A stretch of 64,000 bases of DNA from Candidatus Omnitrophota bacterium. GTDB lineage: Bacteria; Omnitrophota; Gorgyraeia; Zapsychrales; Zapsychraceae. A program made the translations under genes and the position numbers. Position 1 is the first letter of the stretch. Each line of letters opens with the position of its first letter. The DNA lies in contig JAJDCA010000037.1 in assembly GCA_029261055.1 (NCBI GenBank), positions 82,818 to 146,817 on the forward strand. The letters run 5' to 3'. This document shows, piece after piece, positions 40,149-48,769 of the stretch. The notes beneath the pieces are model-generated. The model was not told the DNA's origin. It did no database searches and was given only the letters and a program-made list of their open reading frames with translations.

Positions 40149-40971
40149 TAGATAGACCGCTTGGCTCTACTCCAGACTTGAACTCTAAATTTGTATCGTA
40201 CTTGTCGTTTTTGCCAGAATGTATACGTTTTCCTATTTTTTCATTGTAATCTTTTCTGGTCATCCAGCGGAACATAGCAGCCTCGTTCCCGACCTCGCTA
40301 CGAATAGTTGGATTCTGTAAGTCTTTTATTAGTGTTGTAAAATTTACAGCTTGGTCAGAGCTGTTCTTGAGTCTCTGCTCACGAGTTACATTTAGTGACT
40401 TTTCACATTCTTTAATAACGCTATTGCAGTCACCAATCTCCTTACTCTTGTTTGCTATCCACTTTCGCTGTTCCTCTTTCTCCTGGTCTGTTAATTTTTT
40501 ATTCAGTTCTATTGCATTGAAGCTATCTAAAGCACGTTTCTCTTCGGCCATAAACCGCAATAGTCTAACTTCAGCCAATGTTTTTCTATGTAGCGTATCT
40601 TTTTCAGCTGATGTCATAGTCTCGATAGTTGGGTCCATCATAAAATCCATGTAGCGCTCTTGGTAAAACTCTATTTCATGTTTCTGCAACACAGCTTTAG
40701 TCTGTTTAAACTGTGCTGTTCTTTTTAACTCTGCCAACAAAAATGACTCTTTATCGCCTTGGCTTAGTCCAGAAATGTAAGATCCACGATACTGACCCTC
40801 TATGTCTTTCTTTGGTTCTGTAGCCTTGGTCAACTTCATTCGTTCTCGTGTTTTTGTTACAGATGCACGAGTTCTATCAAGCCTATTTGCTATCTGCTGA
40901 TCTGTTAAAAGCAGATAATTAGCAGAAAGAAAATTTTTATCGTCTTGTGACCACTTGCCTCTTTTTGCCAT
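40120..40971 (-). CDS. Putative terminase small subunit / HTH DNA-binding protein (start taken at Met11)
   Basis: N-terminal HTH-like segment WSQDDKNFLSANYLLLTDQQIANRLDRTRASVTKTRERM. Charged, oligomerisation-like remainder. Lies two genes upstream of terL. Confidence 0.35.
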   Translation of the reverse strand: MAKRGKWSQDDKNFLSANYLLLTDQQIANRLDRTRASVTKTRERMKLTKATEPKKDIEGQYRGSYISGLSQGDKESFLLAELKRTAQFKQTKAVLQKHEIEFYQERYMDFMMDPTIETMTSAEKDTLHRKTLAEVRLLRFMAEEKRALDSFNAIELNKKLTDQEKEEQRKWIANKSKEIGDCNSVIKECEKSLNVTREQRLKNSSDQAVNFTTLIKDLQNPTIRSEVGNEAAMFRWMTRKDYNEKIGKRIHSGKNDKYDTNLEFKSGVEPSGLSNDFTGDGSG

Positions 40972-40973
40972 GT

Positions 40974-41537
40974 TTATCCTTTGACTAGGCGACCTGTACA
41001 TTCATCGCATTGGGTGGACCCTTGAACCTTTGTGTCAAACTGACGATGACAGACATCGCAAACGCACTTGAATAATGAAATTCTACGATTAGTTTGTGTT
41101 ACACTTGCTTTACCTGGCCTCACTGCTTTTCCATTTGCATCTACTTCCGGTGGCGGAATAAGCTCACTCTCAAGCATCGGTGGCTGATTATCAGAATCAT
41201 TGTTAGTTTCTGTGGGTTTGGGCTCTACGGATACCGTGGGCTCTGCCTTTTGTAATGTGGACACATGTGTTTCTTGCGGCTTTTTTACAACTAGTGGTTT
41301 TGCCTCATTACTTTCACCCTCTATTGGAGATATAGGCAATGAAACTTCTCCGCCATTTAAACTCTTGTAGAATATGTAAAAACCATCACAATTAGGACAA
41401 CTTACATATGATGCATCTCTATTCCCTTCCATTAATGGCGCAAGATTAGACATAAAACTATCATCTATCCCTTTTGCCATTTTTAAATCTGCTGACCCTC
41501 CCAGCCATCCACAGCTTCCACACATTGAAATGATCAT
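40974..41537 (-). CDS. Zn-ribbon protein (187 aa)
   Basis: Cys clusters CGSCGW, CPNCDG and CVCDVCHRQFDTKVQGSTQCDECTG. Confidence 0.4.
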   Translation of the reverse strand: MIISMCGSCGWLGGSADLKMAKGIDDSFMSNLAPLMEGNRDASYVSCPNCDGFYIFYKSLNGGEVSLPISPIEGESNEAKPLVVKKPQETHVSTLQKAEPTVSVEPKPTETNNDSDNQPPMLESELIPPPEVDANGKAVRPGKASVTQTNRRISLFKCVCDVCHRQFDTKVQGSTQCDECTGRLVKG

Positions 41538-41549
41538 CAGTACCTCTCC

Positions 41550-42260
41550 TTAGTATATATTGTAGCCTTGTAGTGCATCTCTTAATGCCTTTTTTAGTAT
41601 TTTTTGCTCTTCTTCTTGCAAGAGTTCAATATCGTAATTTACATCTTTTAACTTATTGAATAGTGGATGGAAGGCGGACGGAAGATTTAAGCTGATATGC
41701 TCTAATATATCTAAAGTACTTTCATGTGATCCGCTATTTTCATCTTTTAGTATAGTAGAATCTAGTGATGCTGCATTATTTGCACTCATTTTAGCCTTTA
41801 AGAACTTTTCATGAGCTTCATATTTCTCACACTTCATTTTATCCTTATATTTCATACAGTCATGATTGCCAGCCTTAGATGCCACCTTATCCCACAATGG
41901 ACAACGAAAACAGGGCTTATTATGCTTGTATACTAGTGCTCTTTTTATATCTCTAATTCTATTTTCTGCTACGACAGAGAAAAAAGTACGCAGCCTTACC
42001 CCTCGCTCTGGTTTAAACTTATCAATTGATAGCCAGAGCTTCATTCTAATCTCTTGTGCTATGTCTTCCATTGATAGGTATACTATTTTCCAGTGCTTTG
42101 CAGCCTTACTCGTTGCAACACTTTCTATTATTTCCTTTATTTCTTTCTCTGTTAATTCTGCATCTTTAGGTGTCTTCTGTTTCTTCTTCTGAGTCTTCAA
42201 TTGTGTTTTCTTCGATGATTTTTCTTTTTTCTTCTTCACTTTCCGGTGCCTCTCCGCCAA
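41550..42260 (-). CDS. Phage-encoded sigma-70-family factor (region 2 homolog) with a poly-Lys N-terminus and a Cys cluster
   Basis: DIAQEIRMKLWLSIDKFKPERGVRLRTFFSVVAENRIRDIKRA aligns with RpoD region 2.1-2.4 ([40 protein letters not shown]). N-terminus RHRKVKKKKEKSSKKTQLKTQKKKQK. Also contains CFRCPLWDK...CMKYKDKMKCEKYEAH. Confidence 0.6.
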   Translation of the reverse strand: MAERHRKVKKKKEKSSKKTQLKTQKKKQKTPKDAELTEKEIKEIIESVATSKAAKHWKIVYLSMEDIAQEIRMKLWLSIDKFKPERGVRLRTFFSVVAENRIRDIKRALVYKHNKPCFRCPLWDKVASKAGNHDCMKYKDKMKCEKYEAHEKFLKAKMSANNAASLDSTILKDENSGSHESTLDILEHISLNLPSAFHPLFNKLKDVNYDIELLQEEEQKILKKALRDALQGYNIY

Positions 42261-42292
42261 ACTTTTTTACCGACTTAGATCTGGCGAGAACC

Positions 42293-42931
42293 TCAGACTT
42301 TGCGCGTACTTTGACAACTTTTACTTTTTTCTTGCTCATGAACATCTCCTTTTACTGTAATGCTATTTTTTTCACAATATTTATCTACTCCCTTTGTACT
42401 GTTTGTAAATCCAATCATATAGCGAGCATTTTCTATTGTCGTATTTGCTAATTCTAGAAATTCTATATCTCCGAATAGTAGGCAAATGTCTCTAGCCTTT
42501 GAATTATTTAAAATTCTATTTATATGTATAGCGCTCAAATCCTCTTCTGTTGCATATGATTTACTTCTGTGTATTTTATTATCTAATAAATCTGGCCCTA
42601 TACTTAATACAAAGTGTATTTTGGACGTTTCATTACAATACTCTGATGTTATATTATAATTATACCTACAATATAAATTATTGTCAGAAGTAATTTCTTC
42701 GGCAATAGACAGCAGTTGACTTATTTCTTCCATATTGCATCTAACAAACAGTATTCCGTTTTTTGTTTTTAAACGACTCAATGTATTTAATATTGTTTTT
42801 TTCATATCGTAAATATCGTTGCCTGAAACTGTATAGAATGCTAATCTAATGGAATTTGGCTTAGTGTATTTTTTAATATCGTGCCAAGATTTGTTATGCT
42901 CTGCGGCACTATAGACCACATTTAATTCCAT
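42293..42931 (-). CDS. Hypothetical protein (212 aa) between the sigma factor and dut genes
   Basis: Alpha/beta-like sequence. No motif recognised. Confidence 0.4.
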   Translation of the reverse strand: MELNVVYSAAEHNKSWHDIKKYTKPNSIRLAFYTVSGNDIYDMKKTILNTLSRLKTKNGILFVRCNMEEISQLLSIAEEITSDNNLYCRYNYNITSEYCNETSKIHFVLSIGPDLLDNKIHRSKSYATEEDLSAIHINRILNNSKARDICLLFGDIEFLELANTTIENARYMIGFTNSTKGVDKYCEKNSITVKGDVHEQEKSKSCQSTRKV

Positions 42932-42934
42932 CAG

Positions 42935-43396
42935 CTATTCCCCACTACTCCCAAAAGATCCGTCCGAACGACTGGTATTTGTTATTTTATTAACTTCGTT
43001 ATACTGTACATTTGGCAGTTCTAGTATTACTGCCTGACATACCCTGTCTCCAACTCTATAGATGTTATCTATATCTTGAGTATTTTTTTCGTAGCTACCT
43101 TTCGTAAGTCTAAATCTTACACGTACTTCACCCAAGAATCCAGAATCCACAACTCCAACCGCATTGGCTAATTGCAAGTTTTTCTTAGAGATGCTACTAC
43201 GAGGAAATAGAAACATTCCATATCCAGCAGGCACATTAAAGGCAAGACCTATTCCGTACTCTACATACTGGTCTGACACAGCTATACTCGTTGCTGTTAG
43301 GTCAAAGCCAGCATCGTGTTCGTGAGCATGAAATGGCTCTCTTGCTTTGGGATGTAATTTCTTAAAAGAAATATTTGTAACTTGTTTATTTAGCAT
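42935..43396 (-). CDS. dut: dUTP pyrophosphatase (trimeric dUTPase)
   Basis: All five dUTPase motifs are present: AGFDL, PRSSISKK, GVVDSGFLGEV, GDRVCQAV, RSDGSFGSSGE. Confidence 0.85.
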   Translation of the reverse strand: MLNKQVTNISFKKLHPKAREPFHAHEHDAGFDLTATSIAVSDQYVEYGIGLAFNVPAGYGMFLFPRSSISKKNLQLANAVGVVDSGFLGEVRVRFRLTKGSYEKNTQDIDNIYRVGDRVCQAVILELPNVQYNEVNKITNTSRSDGSFGSSGE

Positions 43397-43408
43397 TAAT
43401 TTACCTTT

Positions 43409-45364
43409 CTATTGGATTTCACAGGCTCCACCCTGACAACTGATTTCCTTTGATCCTGTAGTATTGTCATCTATTTCAAATTTAGAGAGTTGACTATAAT
43501 CTATTTTTGGTAATTGTTTTTTCATTATGTTGTATTTTTTTTCATTTATAGATTCAAAAGGGGGCTGTTCGTAGTGTCCAGAATCAAACGGTAAAAACGA
43601 AACGCCGGTAATATATTTCCAGTTTTTATACACCCAGTTACCAACCTCCAGCCACTCGTCTTCTTTAACAAATATTGTGGCGCTAGCATTATGTTCACAC
43701 CAATGCTCCTGAATCTTTTTATAGTGTTCAAGCTGCTCAATAGCCGTCATGTCGTCTCTTAGTACAGACCCTTTGGGGGCAGCTACAGGGAACGATACAA
43801 CCCATGTATTAACCTTATCTTCCGTCCATCTCTTTCCCTTTTCATATATTATACACTTTTCTATATCACCCTTTTGTGCCATTTTCCAATCCTTCAATCG
43901 TTCTCCGTTTTCTGGTGACATCGGAAAGTTTTGATCTTTTAGCATTTGACACAGGGGATCTATAGAGGAGATTCTATAGCGCCTAATATAGAATTTAGAG
44001 AAACGACCATGTATTCCAGACGACGAGTTTACTAATTGTGAAACTGTTCCAGATGGTTTTACTGTGGTGATAGCTGTAGAGAAATTAATCCCAAGAACCT
44101 TTGATGCCTTTTTGGCGATCTTAATAGCTTTCTTTTTCATTGCTTTTAGTGCTATTGGGGTCAACATATCAATATTGTCCATCTGTCCAGTTAACGATAT
44201 TCCCAATAGCCTCTCTTCATTACAGTTTCTCTTCCACTTTTGAGATAGGTAAGAAAAATTTGTATAAGTTGATTGAAGCGCCCCTAACCATGCTGCTGTT
44301 TCTATTTTATCTAAGATATCGTCTAGGTCATCATTTGGACGAATAACAACTTCGGTCAAGTTACACATTTGGCATGATCTTAAAATTATCTCAGCACACG
44401 GATTACATCCTGCTAAAAGATTTGTTTTTCGTCTATCCGGTGATCTCTTTATTGCACCCTCTAGATTAAAAATCCCTCTTTCTCCAGTTCCGCTTTTTGC
44501 TAAAGCAGACCACTCTTCCATAAAACTAATAGCCCCAGGCTTATCCCTATATATTGTTGATATATTCGCCATCGCTCTATGTAATGGAAATGGCCAAGTC
44601 TTGGCCCCTCTAATTTCTTTGTCTGATAAGTCTGATAGAGCCAATTGAGAGCTTCTTCTAACACCCCCTACAACAACTACTTCAGCTATTTTATTTAAAA
44701 TATCCAAGCACTCAATAGATTTTAGCTGTCTGCCCTGCGCCTCAATAAAAATCATTCTAATAAAGTCGTGAAGAGTTATTAGTGGTTGTTTGCCAGAAGA
44801 CCTTCCTCCAAATGTTTTTAATCTTGCTCCCTTTGGTCTAAGTAATCCATAATCAAAGTCCATATCTTTTCCAGCATATAGTGCCTTCATAAGATATTTA
44901 ACAGAATCAGCCCATCCCTCTTTTGAATCTGGAACTATGAAGGTTCCTGCACCTTCTCCAAGCATCTTGCTGATGGTTGGTAATTTATCTACATATTTAT
45001 TTTCTACAGAAAATCCATAACCAGTTCCACACATTAGAATGTACAAACATTCAGCAAACGCCTCAATGCAGTCAATATTTTGATAGGAGCAATTATATAG
45101 TGCTGCATGAACTTTATTTCCAGCGTCTCCAGCAGCCCATAATGCCCTCATGCTGCCCATAACTGAAAAATTTAACATATAGTTTCTAGCTTTACGAAAC
45201 ACCTTTTGTGGAACACTATCACCATTGCCCTGTTCTAAAAACGTAATATATCTATCTACTGTCTCATCCCATGTTTCTCTGCGATTTTCCTCTTCTAGCC
45301 AACGCGAATAAGTCCTGGTGTACACAAATTCAGCCGCTTCATTTGCAAACTCTACTCTACTCAT
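43409..45364 (-). CDS. nrdJ: Ribonucleotide reductase, class II (adenosylcobalamin-dependent, NrdJ-like)
   Basis: Active-site loop GCNPCAEIIL (class II SNPCGEI). C-terminal redox pair CQGGACEIQ. N-terminal ETWDETVDRY. Start chosen at the Met preceded by AGGAGA (track start 45466 would overlap the upstream gene by about 90 nt). Confidence 0.7.
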   Translation of the reverse strand: MSRVEFANEAAEFVYTRTYSRWLEEENRRETWDETVDRYITFLEQGNGDSVPQKVFRKARNYMLNFSVMGSMRALWAAGDAGNKVHAALYNCSYQNIDCIEAFAECLYILMCGTGYGFSVENKYVDKLPTISKMLGEGAGTFIVPDSKEGWADSVKYLMKALYAGKDMDFDYGLLRPKGARLKTFGGRSSGKQPLITLHDFIRMIFIEAQGRQLKSIECLDILNKIAEVVVVGGVRRSSQLALSDLSDKEIRGAKTWPFPLHRAMANISTIYRDKPGAISFMEEWSALAKSGTGERGIFNLEGAIKRSPDRRKTNLLAGCNPCAEIILRSCQMCNLTEVVIRPNDDLDDILDKIETAAWLGALQSTYTNFSYLSQKWKRNCNEERLLGISLTGQMDNIDMLTPIALKAMKKKAIKIAKKASKVLGINFSTAITTVKPSGTVSQLVNSSSGIHGRFSKFYIRRYRISSIDPLCQMLKDQNFPMSPENGERLKDWKMAQKGDIEKCIIYEKGKRWTEDKVNTWVVSFPVAAPKGSVLRDDMTAIEQLEHYKKIQEHWCEHNASATIFVKEDEWLEVGNWVYKNWKYITGVSFLPFDSGHYEQPPFESINEKKYNIMKKQLPKIDYSQLSKFEIDDNTTGSKEISCQGGACEIQ

Positions 45365-45374
45365 GCTTCTCCTA

Positions 45375-46550
45375 TTAGTGCAAATTATGCTCATTGGCTT
45401 TGCGGGTGTAGAATTTACCACCGACCTCAGCAAAATCCCTAACATCTGTATAGTTGAATACAACATCTTTGGTTTCTGTGTCTACATGAATAATAATAAA
45501 CCCATTTGACCATTTTTCACCATCGCAATATGATGCATCCCTATAATGCATACCTCCCAACTGATGCCATTCATATGATCTGCGATTTACGTTATAATCA
45601 TGCCAAACTAAATGATGATGATGATGCCCATTAATTCCTGGCATTCCAGCAATATTACGACCCTGCGGTTCATGATGAACCAAAAATGCGTCATCGTATA
45701 TTTTGAAACTACGAGCAACTTGATTATTTTCGTCACCCTTATTCCATGCAGTAAGGTCAGCTTTGCCAATATAATTTATCTCAAATTTATCTAACCCCAA
45801 CATTTCTCTAACGCCCATATTATGAACTTCAGAGAGTATTGACATTGTTGCTGCATCAGCATTACACATATGCTTAACTAATCTAAGCTCGTGATTGCCT
45901 TCAATCATGTCGATCTGTGCATCACCAGCGGCTTTGCGAACTGGTTTTAGTATCTTTTCGTGAACAAATTTAATTCTGCCAGCGGCATCCCATGTGCGAG
46001 GATCTACTGGAAATCTACCAAACTCTGGCAGGTCAAATATGTCTCCGGCCAGTATCACTCCTGCTAATTGTCCAGCCTTTTTAATACGTGATATTGTATC
46101 AACAAACACTCGCAGGCAAAAGGGATCGCACTCTTTATCGTGGAAGTCTGATGCTGCAACGTATGTTTTTATTCTTCCTTTGGCTGGACGACTAAACTTG
46201 TCCGCCCAAGTTGCTCTCTCAGCATTCATTTTCCTATATATATCAGCATCTTTATGCTTGGCAATATCATTGGCTAGTTTTTTCTGCCCCCTAGTTGGGG
46301 TTATGTTTGCCGCCCTTTGAAATGCCGGAAATGTTCCAAAGTACTTCTCCCAGTGAGAGTCTTTTATCTGTGTTCTGGTTCTAAAGTATCCTCTGCTTAG
46401 CGTGGTACATCCATCATCTTGACGAAACTGCCAAAGTCCCTTTATCAATGTTATGAAATCCTGCTCTGTTAGTTTACTGGCTATTTTGTCTGGTATTTTC
46501 TTTCCAGATTTAATAGCATCATTGAAATATTCTGTTTTTGTTTTTGACAA
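45375..46550 (-). CDS. Calcineurin-like metallophosphoesterase with an N-terminal extension of about 120 aa
   Basis: Motifs ASDFHD (DxH), AGDIFD (GDxxD), EGNHE (GNHE), and histidine-rich GINGHHHHHL. Confidence 0.65.
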   Translation of the reverse strand: MSKTKTEYFNDAIKSGKKIPDKIASKLTEQDFITLIKGLWQFRQDDGCTTLSRGYFRTRTQIKDSHWEKYFGTFPAFQRAANITPTRGQKKLANDIAKHKDADIYRKMNAERATWADKFSRPAKGRIKTYVAASDFHDKECDPFCLRVFVDTISRIKKAGQLAGVILAGDIFDLPEFGRFPVDPRTWDAAGRIKFVHEKILKPVRKAAGDAQIDMIEGNHELRLVKHMCNADAATMSILSEVHNMGVREMLGLDKFEINYIGKADLTAWNKGDENNQVARSFKIYDDAFLVHHEPQGRNIAGMPGINGHHHHHLVWHDYNVNRRSYEWHQLGGMHYRDASYCDGEKWSNGFIIIHVDTETKDVVFNYTDVRDFAEVGGKFYTRKANEHNLH

Positions 46551-46558
46551 GGTTCCTC

Positions 46559-47656
46559 CTACTTTAGTCCGTGAGCACCATTTTCTCCATAGCCAAGCGG
46601 TGTCACTGGTGTAAATATAGCATTTTCATACATTTCTTTAATAGTTCCTGCGTTCAGATATGTCATGCCGGAACGTAATCCTCCAATTAGATCATCCACG
46701 ACACATTCTACTGGCCCCCTACACTCTACCAATGACAACTCACCCTCTGGTGTTCTCTTTTTCGCTATGCCGTCCCAGCCATCCATTGCTGACTGCGATG
46801 CCATGCCTTGATATTTTTTAAATCTAGGCCCTTCACTATATCCTGGACCACTGATACCGACCTCACCATCTTTAAATTGGTGCGGCCCACTAGTTACTAT
46901 TTCTCCTGGAGTTTGATCGGTTCCTGCTAATAAGCTACCCAGCATTACAGAAGAGGCACCAGCGCTTAGTGCTTTGACTATATCTGAAGAGTTCCTAACA
47001 CCACCGTCTGCTATTACAGGCACATTGTACTTTTTAGACGCAGCCGAACATTCTAGGACAGAGGAAAACTGTGGTACTCCGCAGCCAGTAACTACTCTAG
47101 TTATGCACAGTGAACCGCAACCCACTCCGACCTTTATAGCATCTGCGCCAGCTTCACACAGCCTCTTTGTCCCTTCTTCTGTGGCTACGTTTCCGGCTAT
47201 CACATCCCATTCTGGGTATGTCTTTTTTATATATGTAATGAGATCGACTACACGTTCACAATCACCATGCGCAACGTCAACGCAGACTCCAGTAGCTAAC
47301 CTATCTTTATGCTCATAGATTGCTCGCAGCGTCTCTTTATTTCCCTTGCCTAAGCCTATCGAAAAAAACCTATTCTCACAACCGTAAAGTTCTGCCTCTA
47401 AAAGATTCTTTATCATATCTTCGCATGACATAAATCTGTGCAATATGGCTGCACCACCCATTTCGTCCATAGCCACCATCATGCCACTCTCTGTAACGGT
47501 GTTCATATTTGATGCTATAATGGGAATGTTTATAGACTTGTTTTTGGTAAATTTTGTTGTCGTGGTAACGTCATCGCCATATCTAGACACTTTATCTGTA
47601 TATTGCGGCCTCAATAGGACATCATCATAGCTGAGTCCATAATCTGTGAATTTCAA
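46559..47656 (-). CDS. guaC: GMP reductase / IMPDH-family enzyme lacking a CBS domain (GuaC-like)
   Basis: Near-collinear with E. coli GuaC: IPIIASNMNTV, CVDVAHG, VIAGNVAT, GADAIKVGVGCGSLCITRVVTGCGVPQ (catalytic Cys loop), VIADGG, IGGLRSGMTY. TTG start with an AAGGTAGG RBS. Confidence 0.7.
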   Translation of the reverse strand: MKFTDYGLSYDDVLLRPQYTDKVSRYGDDVTTTTKFTKNKSINIPIIASNMNTVTESGMMVAMDEMGGAAILHRFMSCEDMIKNLLEAELYGCENRFFSIGLGKGNKETLRAIYEHKDRLATGVCVDVAHGDCERVVDLITYIKKTYPEWDVIAGNVATEEGTKRLCEAGADAIKVGVGCGSLCITRVVTGCGVPQFSSVLECSAASKKYNVPVIADGGVRNSSDIVKALSAGASSVMLGSLLAGTDQTPGEIVTSGPHQFKDGEVGISGPGYSEGPRFKKYQGMASQSAMDGWDGIAKKRTPEGELSLVECRGPVECVVDDLIGGLRSGMTYLNAGTIKEMYENAIFTPVTPLGYGENGAHGLK

Positions 47657-47716
47657 TATAACCTACCTTGGTATTTAATTTTAATGGCTGTTTGGAGTAT
47701 AATATACGACAATATA

Positions 47717-48658
47717 CTATTCTTCAATGGCTTTTCTCATCATTGTTGCCAAGTCTTGAATCTCGCGTTGCGCGTGTGAATGTTCTCGTAATCCCAAAAC
47801 CCTCTCCATTGCCTTGTTGGTGGCTGTCATGTAAACTTTACTCATCATATTCTGCGGTAGTATCATTCTTGCCATTTCTGGGGCAGTGCCATTTTCTAAC
47901 ATTGTATTATATGCTAATAAACTTCTATCAAGTGTATTTTCTAATTCATCATTATTCATGTATTGAATATCTAAATCAACTTCATCTCCGCTACCCTGCT
48001 TTATACTCTTGTCTGGTCTTTTTCTCCACACCTTGGGTTTAAAAAATTTAGGCTTGTCATCTACGTACCGTCTAGATACTTCGTTGTATGTTACTCCAAC
48101 ATTTGACCTCATCAGCTGTCGAAAGACGAATATTGGTGCCTCTATTAGTAGTGTCACACATTCCGACTCTAGCTCTTCAAAATTTAATGATTCTGTTATA
48201 TTCTTGGGTTCTCCAAATTTATTTATAATGGCATCATATGAAATTGGAGCCTTTTTACGAATACAGTTTAGCACTTGAGATGGTATTTCTGGAGGAGGAT
48301 TAGTTAGCCATCCATACAACGAATCTTCTATTATGACTGTTCCAGCACCGTATGGATCTGATTTATCGACTTCGAATACTGATCCTGGTGATGTTGATAG
48401 CCACTTTGCTAGCTGCCATGTCAAACTTACGCTAAACTTAAACCTATATCTAGCATGGGTTAATGGCGTAAAATGATTGTTATTTACTAAATATTTAATA
48501 AGTCCATCGTCTGGTCCCATGCCATTTTCGGATTTTCTAGCATCTGCTTCCGGTGTATTTGACATTACAATATTATCAACGGTTTTGTCCATCGAAACAC
48601 GAGCGGAATTAACAACCGTTAGGTCGCTATTATTATGATTAATTCTTAATACTTTCAT
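47717..48658 (-). CDS. thyX: Flavin-dependent thymidylate synthase ThyX homolog (divergent: RHR motif replaced by RSN, about 90-aa insertion)
   Basis: Blocks SARVSMDKT / LIKYLVNNNHFTPLTHARYRF / APIFVFRQLMRSNVGVTYNEVSRRYV / EMARMILPQNMMSKVYMTATNKAMERVLGLREHSHAQREIQ align with Thermotoga ThyX. Confidence 0.8.
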   Translation of the reverse strand: MKVLRINHNNSDLTVVNSARVSMDKTVDNIVMSNTPEADARKSENGMGPDDGLIKYLVNNNHFTPLTHARYRFKFSVSLTWQLAKWLSTSPGSVFEVDKSDPYGAGTVIIEDSLYGWLTNPPPEIPSQVLNCIRKKAPISYDAIINKFGEPKNITESLNFEELESECVTLLIEAPIFVFRQLMRSNVGVTYNEVSRRYVDDKPKFFKPKVWRKRPDKSIKQGSGDEVDLDIQYMNNDELENTLDRSLLAYNTMLENGTAPEMARMILPQNMMSKVYMTATNKAMERVLGLREHSHAQREIQDLATMMRKAIEE

Positions 48659-48769
48659 TTTTCTCCAATCTACAATGAATTTCGGTCTACTTCCAATTAT
48701 ATTATAACTATAATTATGTTTCTTGCTATATATTTCTATTCACAAAGCGTATTATAAGTAGATACAACA

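Noticed and set aside
45365-45466. The 5' extension of the RNR ORF (track start at 45466), which overlaps the metallophosphatase gene by about 90 nt
   Set aside because: An internal Met at about 45364 has a good AGGAGA RBS and lies just after the upstream stop. The longer N-terminus (MLYSTIQMLGILLRSV...) is not RNR-like.
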